Shown: positions 24,405-34,124, numbered from the stretch's first letter. The stretch is DNA of 64,000 bases from Macrostomum hystrix (GCA_950097015.1 CATNEN010000025.1:6572001-6636000), one strand, 5' to 3'. A program made the numbers and translations. Notes: generated by a model from the sequence alone, not told the origin.

Positions 24405-25410
24405 CTGAATACCATGGAAATCTCAGGCACAGATTAGAGAGAATACCATGGAAATCTCAGGCACTGATTAGAGAGAATACCATGGAAATCTCAGGCACTG
24501 ATTAGAGAGAATACCATGGAAATCTCAGGCACTGATTAGAGAGAATTGCATGGAAATCTCAGGCACTGATTAGAGATAATTCCATGGAATTCGCAGGCAC
24601 AGATTAGAGAGAATACCATGGAAATCTCAGGCACTGATTAGAGAGAATACCATGGAAATCTCAGGCACTGATTAGAGAGAATACCATGGAAATCTCAGGC
24701 ACTGATTAGAGAGAATACCATGGAAATCTCAGGCACTGATTAGAGAGAATTCCATGGAAATGTCAGGCACTGATTAGAGAGAATTCCATGGAAATCTCAG
24801 GCACAGATTAGAGAGAATACCATGGAAATCTCAGGCACTGATTAGAGAGAATTCCATGGAAATCTCAGGCACTGATTAGAGAGAATACCATGGAAATCTC
24901 AGGCACTGATTAGAGAGAATACCATGGAAATCTCAGGCACAGATTAGAGAGAATACCATGGAAATCTCAGGCACAGATTAGAGAGAATACCATGGAAATC
25001 TCAGGCACTGATTAGAGAGAATACCATGGAAATCTCAGTCACTGATTAGAGAGAATTCCATGGAAATCTCAAGCACTGATTAGAGAGAATTCCATGGAAA
25101 TGTCAGGCACTGATTAGAGAGAATACCATGGAAATCTCAGGCACTGATTAGAGAGAATTCCATGGAAATCTCAGGCACTGATTAGAGAGAATACCATGGA
25201 AATCTCAGGCACTGATTAGAGAGAATACCATGGAAATCTCAGGCACTGATTACAGAGAATACCATGGAAATCTCAGGCACAGATTAGAGAGAATTCCATG
25301 GAAATCTCAGGCACTGATTAGAGAGAATACCATGGAAATCCCAGGCACTGATTAGAGAGAATACCATGGAAATCTCAGGCACTGATTAGAGTGAATTCCA
25401 TGGAAATGTC
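24405..25410. repeat. 34-bp tandem minisatellite (GAATACCATGGAAATCTCAGGCACTGATTAGAGA)
   Basis: About 29 head-to-tail copies with no spacers. Confidence 0.96.
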
Positions 25411-25945
25411 AAGGATCAAGGATATACCTGTTTCTCATTTTTTGCAAAGCCGACGAGAACTCGTTAGAAAAATTGGGTTTCTAACGCTTAAAAAAGCCAG
25501 CTAATACGTGCCATGTTTCATTTTCAGTCGAGTATATGCAATATGCTGTGTGGAATATGAAGTGTACCAGCTGCATTGCTTATGAAAAATGAGGTATAGC
25601 CTGGCACTGTCTTGTTGTCGCATAGCAATCCCTTTCTAGCCAGCTTCGCTCTGTTCTAAGTCTCAGGTCTTATTAATTAATCATTTCGAGAGTCAGCTCA
25701 ATGCATATACTATTTTATGCTGCCATGCACGCTTGTGCCCTTGCTGTGTCTCATCGTAAATGCAATTTTAATAACAGTTGAAATTTAGGCGCACATAATG
25801 CTATTAAGTTTCTAGCTCATCTCCCCACAGAGCAACGTGAAATAAAGGCAGAAACTTGATTCTAAATATACGAGTACATCGAATCTGGTTGCTCGAATTT
25901 CATTCGTCTAAATTCCTGGTCGCTCCATATTATGTTGTTAAACAT

Positions 25946-26400
25946 CAGGTCGCTCAAAGTACCGCAGGTTGAACTCCAGGTCGCTCAAAGTACCGCAGGT
26001 TGAACTCCAGGTCGCTCAAAGTACCGCAGGTTGAACTCCACGTCGCTCAAAGTACCGCAGGTTGAACTCCAGGTCGCTCAAAGTACCGCAGGTTGAACTC
26101 CAGGTCGATCGAAGTACCGCAGGTTGAACTCCAGGTCGATCGAAGTACCGCAGGTTGAACTCCAGGTCGCTCAAAGTACCGCAGGTTGAACTCCAGGTCG
26201 CTCAAAGTACCGCAGGTTGAACTCCAGGTCGCTCAAAGTACCGCAGGTTGAACTCCAGGTCGCTCGAAGTACCGCAGGTTGAACTCCAGGTCGATCGAAG
26301 TACCGCAGGTTGAACTCCAGGTCGATCGAAGTACCGCAGGTTGAACTCCAGGTCGATCAAAGTAACGAAGGTTGAACTCTGTTCGAACAAAGTACCGCTG
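25946..26400. repeat. 31-bp tandem minisatellite (CAGGTCGCTCAAAGTACCGCAGGTTGAACTC)
   Basis: About 14 copies, degenerating to the right. Confidence 0.95.
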
Positions 26401-27007
26401 GTTGAATTTCAGGTCGATGAAAATATCGTTTGTTGAATTCTGGGTCGGTCGAGATTTAAACAGTTAAACTCCAGGTCACTTGAAATCCCAATGGTTCGAT
26501 CTTCGGAAACTTCAAGATATCCAGGAGGCTCGATACTCAGTCAGTTTAGTTATTTGAGTACCCCTGATCTTACATAATTAAGTTTAATAAATTATTGCGC
26601 TGGTAAGTACCTGAGCGGTAGTCCGACTCGCAACGAATTCGTGTCCTTGAAGAGGCCACATATTTACATATGTCTATCCAGAGAAATCATTTTGACTTGT
26701 TTTGCGATGAAATGACAGTGTGGGACCATTAATGAACGCAAAGTGATTGAATTTATCATCTCACAATGAGAAGGTGGCGTTGTGAAGGTGGAGGTCTTAA
26801 TAGTACTTGTTTTAGAAATTGTGCAACGAAAAATTTAGCCTGTGAATTAAAGTTATACAAAAGTGAATTTAGAGTTTTATACGAGCGTGGTTTTAGAGTG
26901 AATTCGAAAAATTAGAGTTTCGTGTGAATTAGTGACTGAAGTGAGCACTCTCAGACACTTGTGTTACACTTTTCATCCATGGTCTTGAATACCAGCTTTA
27001 TGTGTAT

Positions 27008-28913
27008 TGTGGCGGCCGCTTTCTCCAGCGCTCTGCGTGGTGCTAGGGCAGCCACCCCAACTTTGACTCGCACTTGCGCTGGGCCGGGGCAGTATGCATA
27101 GGGCATGGCTTTGGCAGACGCCGCCATGCTCGCCCATCCACAGCCCGGCGCTCCAACGGCGCTGACGGTCGACGCCTCGGACACCGCCATAGGGGCGGCC
27201 ATGGCCAAGCTGTCGGACCCGTGGTCGGCACGTCAGCAGCGGCACCTCGCATACGTGTCGGAGTTCACCACCGACATCCGGCACGTAGCGGGCAAAGACA
27301 ATCCGGTGGCCGACGCTCTGTCCCGCTGCACCGTTGCCTCCGTTCAGCCGCTGCTTCCTGGTATAGACTATGAGGCCCTAGCGCGTGCGCAGACTTTAGA
27401 TGACCCTGCGCTTGCGGACACCGGTCTCAGGCTAGAACGAGTGGCACTGGGCCCCGGCCTGGAGGTCCTCTGCGACACCGTGACCGGCCGGCCACGACCG
27501 CTGGTGCCCGCCGACTTCCGCCGTGCCGTTTTCGACGCCATCCACAGCCTGGCGCACCCGTCGGTCCGCAGCACACGGCGCCTTGTGTCCGAGAAGTTCG
27601 TGTGGCCCGGACTCAAGAGGGACGTCGGCCAGTGGGCACGCAGCTGCATCGCCTGCCAGACGGCCAAAGTCCAGCGGCATGTAATCCCCCCACTGTCTAG
27701 CATCCCGGTGCCCAACAGCCGTTTTGCCCATGTCCACGTTGATCTGGTCGGTCCGTTGCCGCCGTCTCGCGGTTACACCTATTTGCTGACAGCAGTCGAC
27801 CGTTTCTCCCGCTGGCCGGAGGCATTTCCAATGGTCGACACATCTGCCGCCTCCTGCGCATCTGTCTTCATCGCCGGCTGGATCGCCCGTTTCGGTGTCC
27901 CCAGCGACATCACGTCCGACCGCGGCTCCCAGTTCACCTCAGAGCTGTGGAACAACGTTTCCAAGCTGCTTGGCATGCAGCTCCATCACACAACGGCTTT
28001 TCATCCGCAGTCAAATGGGCTGGTGGAGCGTTTTCATCGCCAGCTCAAGGCATCTCTGATGGCGCGCCTGACTGGACCGGCTTGGGGCGACGAGCTTCCC
28101 TGGGCACTACTGGGCATCAGGACGGCCCCCAAGGAGGACATTGGCGCCTCCTCTGCAGAGCTGGTTTACGGCGCGCCGCTGACCGTGCCGGGCGAGTGCC
28201 TACAGACCACGCCCGCGACAGGCTCCTACGACCAGTCCCTAGCCCGGCTTCGTGGTGCTGTGCAATCATTCCGACCGCCTCCGACCTCTCGACACGGCCG
28301 CGTTGCAGCCTCCGTGCCCGACGCACTGGACACTTGCACGCACGTTTTCATCCGCCGTGACGGCCACCGCCCGTCGCTGCAAAGACCGTATTTCGGCCCA
28401 TTCAAGGTGCTCGAGCGCAACACCAAAACCTTTCTGCTCGATTTGGGCACGCGGCACGATCACGTGGCGGTGGATCGGCTGAAGCCTGCGGTGCTGGACC
28501 CCTGCGAAGCAGTACCGGCCCCACCGCTGCGACCCAGAGGCCGCCCTCGCCGAGGCCGCCACCGCCACCGCCGCGGACGTATCAACCGGCAGGTCACCAG
28601 CCAAACACCGCGGCTCCTCCCGATCCGATTCAGCGTCGTCAGCTACCACCGCGCCAATGCCGGCCGACCCGATTTCGCTAATAGGCCAGCGCTAGGGGGG
28701 AGCTATGTGGCGGCCGCTCTCTCCAGCGCTCTGCGTGGTGCTAGGGCAGCCACCCCAACTTTGACTCGCACTTGCGCTGGGCCGGGGCAGTATGCATAGG
28801 GCTTAAGCTCATGTACACGCGCCGGCCTATAAATCACTATCTTTTGGAACGCGCTGCACGTTACCTGTTCTTCGCCAAATAAAATTTAACTTTACGTGGC
28901 TGCAATCGCCACA
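27008..28913 (+). mobile_element. Ty3/Gypsy LTR retrotransposon, internally deleted
   Basis: 4-bp TSD GTAT (27004-27007 and 28914-28917). The 3' LTR 28706-28913 has TGTGGCG...CGCCACA ends, TATAAAT and AATAAA, preceded by the polypurine tract AGGGGGGAG. The 5' LTR is truncated at about 27103 and differs by one mismatch. Confidence 0.92.
27105..28799 (+). CDS. Gypsy pol remnant: partial RNase H plus complete integrase
   Basis: LTVDASDTAIGA and HVAGKDNPVADALSR (RNase H ends), HHCC zinc finger (H..AHP...C..C), HVDLVGP / TSDRGSQF / NGLVER with D35E spacing. gag, PR and RT are absent. Confidence 0.88.
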   Translation: MALADAAMLAHPQPGAPTALTVDASDTAIGAAMAKLSDPWSARQQRHLAYVSEFTTDIRHVAGKDNPVADALSRCTVASVQPLLPGIDYEALARAQTLDDPALADTGLRLERVALGPGLEVLCDTVTGRPRPLVPADFRRAVFDAIHSLAHPSVRSTRRLVSEKFVWPGLKRDVGQWARSCIACQTAKVQRHVIPPLSSIPVPNSRFAHVHVDLVGPLPPSRGYTYLLTAVDRFSRWPEAFPMVDTSAASCASVFIAGWIARFGVPSDITSDRGSQFTSELWNNVSKLLGMQLHHTTAFHPQSNGLVERFHRQLKASLMARLTGPAWGDELPWALLGIRTAPKEDIGASSAELVYGAPLTVPGECLQTTPATGSYDQSLARLRGAVQSFRPPPTSRHGRVAASVPDALDTCTHVFIRRDGHRPSLQRPYFGPFKVLERNTKTFLLDLGTRHDHVAVDRLKPAVLDPCEAVPAPPLRPRGRPRRGRHRHRRGRINRQVTSQTPRLLPIRFSVVSYHRANAGRPDFANRPALGGSYVAAALSSALRGARAATPTLTRTCAGPGQYA

Positions 28914-29546
28914 GTATGCAGTTTCAATTCCCGCAGTTGAATAGCCTACACGCTGGCTTGTGGGTCGATTGTCTTTATCTGTTGGGTAGGCTCGTAATTT
29001 GCCCACAGTCTCTAAAAACATTTTTCCGAAATCAGCCTATTTCGTTTTATCCCTGGGTTTCCGAGTCCGGAGTCCATCCACCAAACAATTCGGAAATTAA
29101 ACCTTTTATTCAATAGTTCAAATGGATGCGGGTAAATGACGAAAATCCATAGAATTGAGTTCGTTCGCGGTAGCGGCGGGTCAGCTAAAATAGTATATTT
29201 CTTTTTCCGTCCCGCGGATTCGCTTCTAAGATAATTATTTTTTCTAGGAAACTGCAAGAGGCTTCTCCAGCTGCTCCTCATTCGTGCTAATACCTATTTG
29301 CGAGGGCTGCGTGATGCTAGTCCCTCGGGAGCTGCGCCTCGACCTCTGTGCCGATAGCATCCGCCTCTGTGCTTCCTGAATGTGCTCATATTTATCAATT
29401 TTCTCGTATCAATAGCCTATGAGTAGCTCTTAATTTGTAGGGGTCATTCCAGCGGGCTCAACTCCCTCTGTTCCGCTCTTTACTTTATGATAATGTGCCA
29501 GGTGTAAACTAAAAAAATAATAAATCCATGAGCGGCAATTTCTAGC

Positions 29547-31440
29547 ATTGTAGTACGATAAAAGCGGTCTTTCGCGTCCCTGGGATTTCCCTAGGGTAAT
29601 CCAAAAAATTGGTTAAACTCAAATTGTCTATGGTCGTTAAGCTATAATATTGAAAACAGAATTGTATTTAGAAGAAGTATAAACAACTAAACAAATTACA
29701 TTATTTCTAACAAGTAAAACAGGTTATTTTCCGTAAATGTCATGCAAAATATCAATATGTCACTTATGATAAATGTTGAATGTGCAGCCGGTGAACGTAC
29801 CACTGAAGCCGCCACTAGAACTAGAACTGCAAGTTGACAGATTGGTGGTTGAAGCTGAACTTACTTTATGTTCACATCCAGCCCGACTTAATGCATCCGA
29901 AACGCATGCCAGTTGGGACTCCTTCTTCTTAGAGTATCTTATGTACCGCTGGGTTGACACAACCGAACGATGTCCCGTCACATGGCCGATGTCTTCCAGC
30001 GAAAAACCGGCGTTGTGCAGCTCCGTCACGACCGTTGCTCTGATGCAATGAGGCGCATACTTTCTAGACAGTCCAGCCTTCTCAGATATTGTCTGCATCA
30101 TTGATCCCAGCGTATTGTGTCCAACCGGCTGCTTGGCAAAATACCACGAGTCTGCGTTAGGCTTAGCCCTCGGCCGAATGAAGACGATGCTGTTCACGAC
30201 ACCTTCTCTGTTCTTAGCATTCGCGATCCTTTCCATGTAGTCATTGAAGCAGCCCACAGGGCAGTCAGGTAAGCCGGTAGAAACCATCAGCACCTGTTTA
30301 GTATTTTTTGCAGCATTTTCCAAGTGTCCTCCATCAGTCTTTGTAGCCATCGGCCGCAACTTGATAGCCTCTCGCCCAGATGCAGTGATGATCTCTTCGA
30401 ACGACTCAACTGTTAGGCGTCGAAACCACTCTCTCGCACGCAGCCCAAAATGAGTCATCATATTGTAATAGAACTCATGCTGTAACTTTGCTGGTGTGCT
30501 CCGATCGAAATACTTTCGAAGCTTAGCTAGATCATCGTCTTCTATGGAGCTGAATCTCTTTACTTCTCCGCCGTTCTCCAGAAACAGTTTAGCAGCAACT
30601 TTTAACATATTGTTCGCTTTTTTGAACAGCTGGTCAGATATGATATCCACTCCACGCGTCCGAAGCAGCCAGCGATACAAACCGGCCCGGAAACAGCGCA
30701 AAGTAGCAGGTGCATAGTACCCACCGTCAGAGCGCTTGATAGTTCCATACGCAATTCGGATACAGGCCGCCAATCGCTCCTCTGCGCAGGTCTTAATGTC
30801 GACTTCAAGTTGAAGGGACTCCATGGTCGAATAAAATTTTTCTAGAGCCCATTTTTCTTGCTGACTCGCACTTGGTGGTTCAGTTTTTTTCTCAACCAAA
30901 TCAAGATCTTGCATTATAGCCTCGATATCTTCGTTTCGAGGCTCTTTTGCATCTAGCAGTTCGGCAAGCGTATTATCATCAATTCTCGCAGCGAATGCAG
31001 CCGCGATCTCTTCTATTCTATCTGCGTCCATTTCTAGAGCAAATAGAGCGTTGTCAGCTTCCATGCGTGCGGCTATCTCGTCCTTCGTCAGTCCAACTAC
31101 GTCTCCGTATTCAATATGTAGCAGACCGCTAGGGTAGGATCTATCTCCTTCCATCAGGTTAAGTGATTTCGATCCAGAAGATCCAGAGTTTAACTCGCTA
31201 TATTCGGCCATAGACATCAGAAATATAGACATCGGTCTTTAATGGGTGTTTCCCCAGTCAGGCGGTCTTTCGCGTCCTCGGACTGATCCATTTTTAGAGA
31301 AATCTTTAAAATAGATGGGGAAACTATTATCGTACTACAATAACCCTATAGCACGGTTTCCTCGGTTTTTAATGTCTATGGCCTCGAGGCGCTTCGCGCC
31401 CTCGGCCATGACATTAAAGACCTCGGAAACCATGCTATAG
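29547..31440 (-). mobile_element. Crypton-like tyrosine recombinase DNA element (boundaries tentative)
   Basis: One YR ORF bracketed by a perfect 15-bp inverted repeat (29547-29561 and 31327-31341), a 16-bp direct repeat (about 29564 and 31262) and a 95-nt hairpin (31346-31440). Confidence 0.7.
29760..31232 (-). CDS. Tyrosine recombinase of Crypton/DUF3504 type, intact, 490 aa
   Basis: Catalytic set visible: FGLRARE (R), ATKT (K), PHCIRAT (HxxR), TGHRS (H), TQRY (Y). KWALEKF resembles the N-terminal motif of this family. Intronless, with no RT or gag nearby. Confidence 0.88.
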   Translation of the reverse strand: MSIFLMSMAEYSELNSGSSGSKSLNLMEGDRSYPSGLLHIEYGDVVGLTKDEIAARMEADNALFALEMDADRIEEIAAAFAARIDDNTLAELLDAKEPRNEDIEAIMQDLDLVEKKTEPPSASQQEKWALEKFYSTMESLQLEVDIKTCAEERLAACIRIAYGTIKRSDGGYYAPATLRCFRAGLYRWLLRTRGVDIISDQLFKKANNMLKVAAKLFLENGGEVKRFSSIEDDDLAKLRKYFDRSTPAKLQHEFYYNMMTHFGLRAREWFRRLTVESFEEIITASGREAIKLRPMATKTDGGHLENAAKNTKQVLMVSTGLPDCPVGCFNDYMERIANAKNREGVVNSIVFIRPRAKPNADSWYFAKQPVGHNTLGSMMQTISEKAGLSRKYAPHCIRATVVTELHNAGFSLEDIGHVTGHRSVVSTQRYIRYSKKKESQLACVSDALSRAGCEHKVSSASTTNLSTCSSSSSGGFSGTFTGCTFNIYHK

Positions 31441-31787
31441 TATTACATTGAAGTCAGCTTTCCTGCTTGTCGGCAAAACTATTTAGCGTTTTAGCTTATA
31501 CGAGCTATTTGGTCGCAGGTATCATGTACAGTATTGGCTATCGACGAGGTGCATTAACGCTATTGATGTTTGAGAAACCTTATTGCTATTAACAATAAGT
31601 AAGGAAAAATGGCTCGTAGCTTTCGTAAGTACTCACCTTTTTTCTAAGAGACTAGTTTTTGTCCGAAATTTGTCTTAACTAAATCAAGTAAATGAACAGA
31701 GATACAAGCTGCTGTTTAAAATGATTTCGGGTTCGATGTTTCAGGTTGTATTTGAATTGCCATGCATCTTCGTGATAGTTCAGAATT

Positions 31788-32895
31788 TTAATAGTCATAT
31801 ACGGACTCCCTTTCGAAGTTCCACATTCCGGGCCAGTAGTAGCTACGTTTTCCCGACGACTCCTTGTCGAAGTTCCACATTCCGGGCCAGTAGTAGCTTC
31901 GCTTTCCCGACGACTCCTTGTCGAAGTTCCACATTCCGGGCCAGTAGTAGCTTCGCTTTCCCGACGACTCCTTGTCGAAGTTCCACATTCCGGGCCAGTA
32001 GTAGCTTCGCTTTCCCGACGACTCCTTGTCGAAGTTCCACATTCCGGGCCAGTAGTAGCTACGTTTTCCCGACGACTCCTTGTCGAAGTTCCACATTCCG
32101 GGCCAGTAGTAGCTACGTTTTCCCGACGACTCCTTGTCGAAGTTCCACATTCCAGGCCAGTAGTAGCTACGTTTTCCCGACGACTCCTTGTCGAAGTTCC
32201 ACATTCCGGGCCAGTAGTAGCTTCGCTTTCCTCTCGACTCCTTCGCAAAGTTCCACATTCCAGGCCAGTAGTAGCTTTGCTTTCCTCTCGACTCCTTGTC
32301 GAAGTTCCACATTCCAGGCCAGTAGTAGCTTCGCTTTCCCGACGACTCCTTGTCGAAGTTCCACATTCCAGGCCAGTAGTAGCTTCGCTTTCCTCTCGAC
32401 TCCTTCGCAAAGTTCCACATTCCGGGCCAGTAGTAGCCTCGCTTTCCTGACGACTCCTTGTCGAAGTTCCACATTCCAGGCCAGTAGTAGCTACGTTTTC
32501 CCGACGACTCCTTGTCAAAGTTCCACATTCCGGGCCAGTAATAGCTTCGCTTTCCTCTCGACTCCTTCGCAAAGTTCCACATTCCGGGCCAGTAGTAGCC
32601 GCGTTTTCCCGCCGAGTCCTTGTCGAAGTTCCACATTCCGGGCGAGTAATAGCCCCTCTTTTCGGGGTCCTCCATTGCCAGCTCTCCTACGTCTGTGTCG
32701 GTGTCGACATCATCAGTGGCAGTCGTTTCTGCTTGTTTGCATTTTCCTTGGGTGCAAACTAACAGTCCTACCAACAATAGCAGTAGAACAAAGCGACAGG
32801 ACCCGCTGTGTGCATTTAAAGGATGAGTTCTCATGTAGGCATCATCGTGCCGTATTGAAGGTATGTAAAACGCCATTGTCTTACCTGCGTTCCAT
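31788..32895 (-). CDS. Secreted multi-copy peptide precursor (neuropeptide/pheromone-like prohormone): 16 x 18-aa units, SYYWPGMWNFDKESS-GKR
   Basis: Exon 1 32895-32885 (ATG GAA CGC AG|GTAAG), 79-nt intron, exon 2 32805-31788. The spliced product of 342 aa starts MERSGSCRFVLLLLLVGLLVCTQG (signal peptide), then an acidic spacer, KR, and 54-bp units ending in G-K-R. Confidence 0.9.
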
Positions 32896-32982
32896 TCAAG
32901 CGAGTCGATTAATTTAAGGACTGAACTCGGTACGCGTGGGCTAGCAGCTGGGGCGCATCGGCTAAGATTCGAGAACTAGCTT

Positions 32983-33058
32983 CTTTTAATATAGACTTGC
33001 TGTCAGGGTGATAAGCTATAGATAGAGATGGTTCCTGCTCGATTTCCCATTGGCCAAT
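32983..33058 (-). promoter_or_regulatory. Putative core promoter of the peptide precursor gene
   Basis: TATATTAAAA on the minus strand about 90 bp upstream of the ATG, and an ATTGGCCAAT double CCAAT palindrome at 33049-33058. Confidence 0.35.
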
Positions 33059-34124
33059 CTACGAAAGATCCTCGTCTTCGATTGCTTCGATTGATTTTAA
33101 TCTTCGATTGAGAATTTTTGCAGGATGTATCGTGACGCCTGATCAATTATTAAGAGTGTCCACAAGGTTTCTAAAAATATGCTCGTACTATTCATTTTTG
33201 GCGTCAGGTTTACACCTAAAATGGTTGAATCTCATGTTGCGGGACGAAAAGTATCTACTCGAAGTGCCATATTTTATTTCTTATCGTTTAGCTTCAAATA
33301 GAAATGAAGTTTTTTATCTTAGGTAACTTCAACCGACTTCAATCAGTGTTCTGAAGGGAACGTCCGTGTCACGTGTCCAGGTATTTTAGTCTTCACAGGA
33401 CACACGTGTAAATTATAAAAAGCCCCGACAATTTGATTCACGAACTTGGCTGCTCTTCTGGTTGCTTTGCATGAATTGCTATTCTCATGGTGATAGTATA
33501 TTATTCAACGCTAGAAACCATTTCATGATTTTTTAGACATTTTTGCGTGTCGACACCGAGAGTATTGAGGTCGCCTAGTACAGTGTCAATAAGGACAGAA
33601 AGGCGACTTTAGAATTTTCGATTTGTACATCAATGAAAGGGAGATTTGAGCCGTAGACATAGATCTCGGTGACAGGAGGGATCTTGGCGTATTTCGAAAA
33701 TCGGCTTTAAACTATTTGCCCTTATTGGCGATATATACTAGGCCCAATCTTAATACTCTTTAATCGACGCATTAAATGAATTAATTCACTTGTAGTTAAT
33801 TTGTTCATGAACAAAACTTGCAATTTCTCGGAAAGCACCCTTCACCCGATAATGACCGCAGTCATCGCTTTGTCTATGGCCGTAACCAAAAATAAATCGA
33901 CGGACGCAAATGAAGTCTGTCTCTTAGATGTGTCTATGGCAAAAGCAAACATTTAAGTATATACTTTACAATATACTTTATATATGTATATACTTTATGT
34001 ATATACTTTAAAAGTATATACTTATACGATCACTTTGTCTATAGTAAAAAATCACTCTACCATTAAGCCATCCACGCTCTCATACAGCAATTTACCAGTC
34101 TTTGAGTATTGATTGCCTACCAAG

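Noticed and set aside
24405-26400. 31-34 bp repeat arrays (also 57355-64000) as CRISPR arrays
   Set aside because: Units are head-to-tail with no unique spacers, no cas genes are present, and the context is eukaryotic.
29760-31232. Bacterial or phage integrase contamination, or horizontal transfer from a prokaryote
   Set aside because: The motifs and overall layout fit eukaryotic Crypton/DUF3504 recombinases; no other prokaryotic genes or operon structure are present.
31721-32917. 398-aa + strand ORF and alternative minus-frame ORFs over the peptide repeat
   Set aside because: Shadows of the 54-bp coding repeat. Only the SYYWPGMW frame has a signal peptide, GKR sites and synonymous variation.
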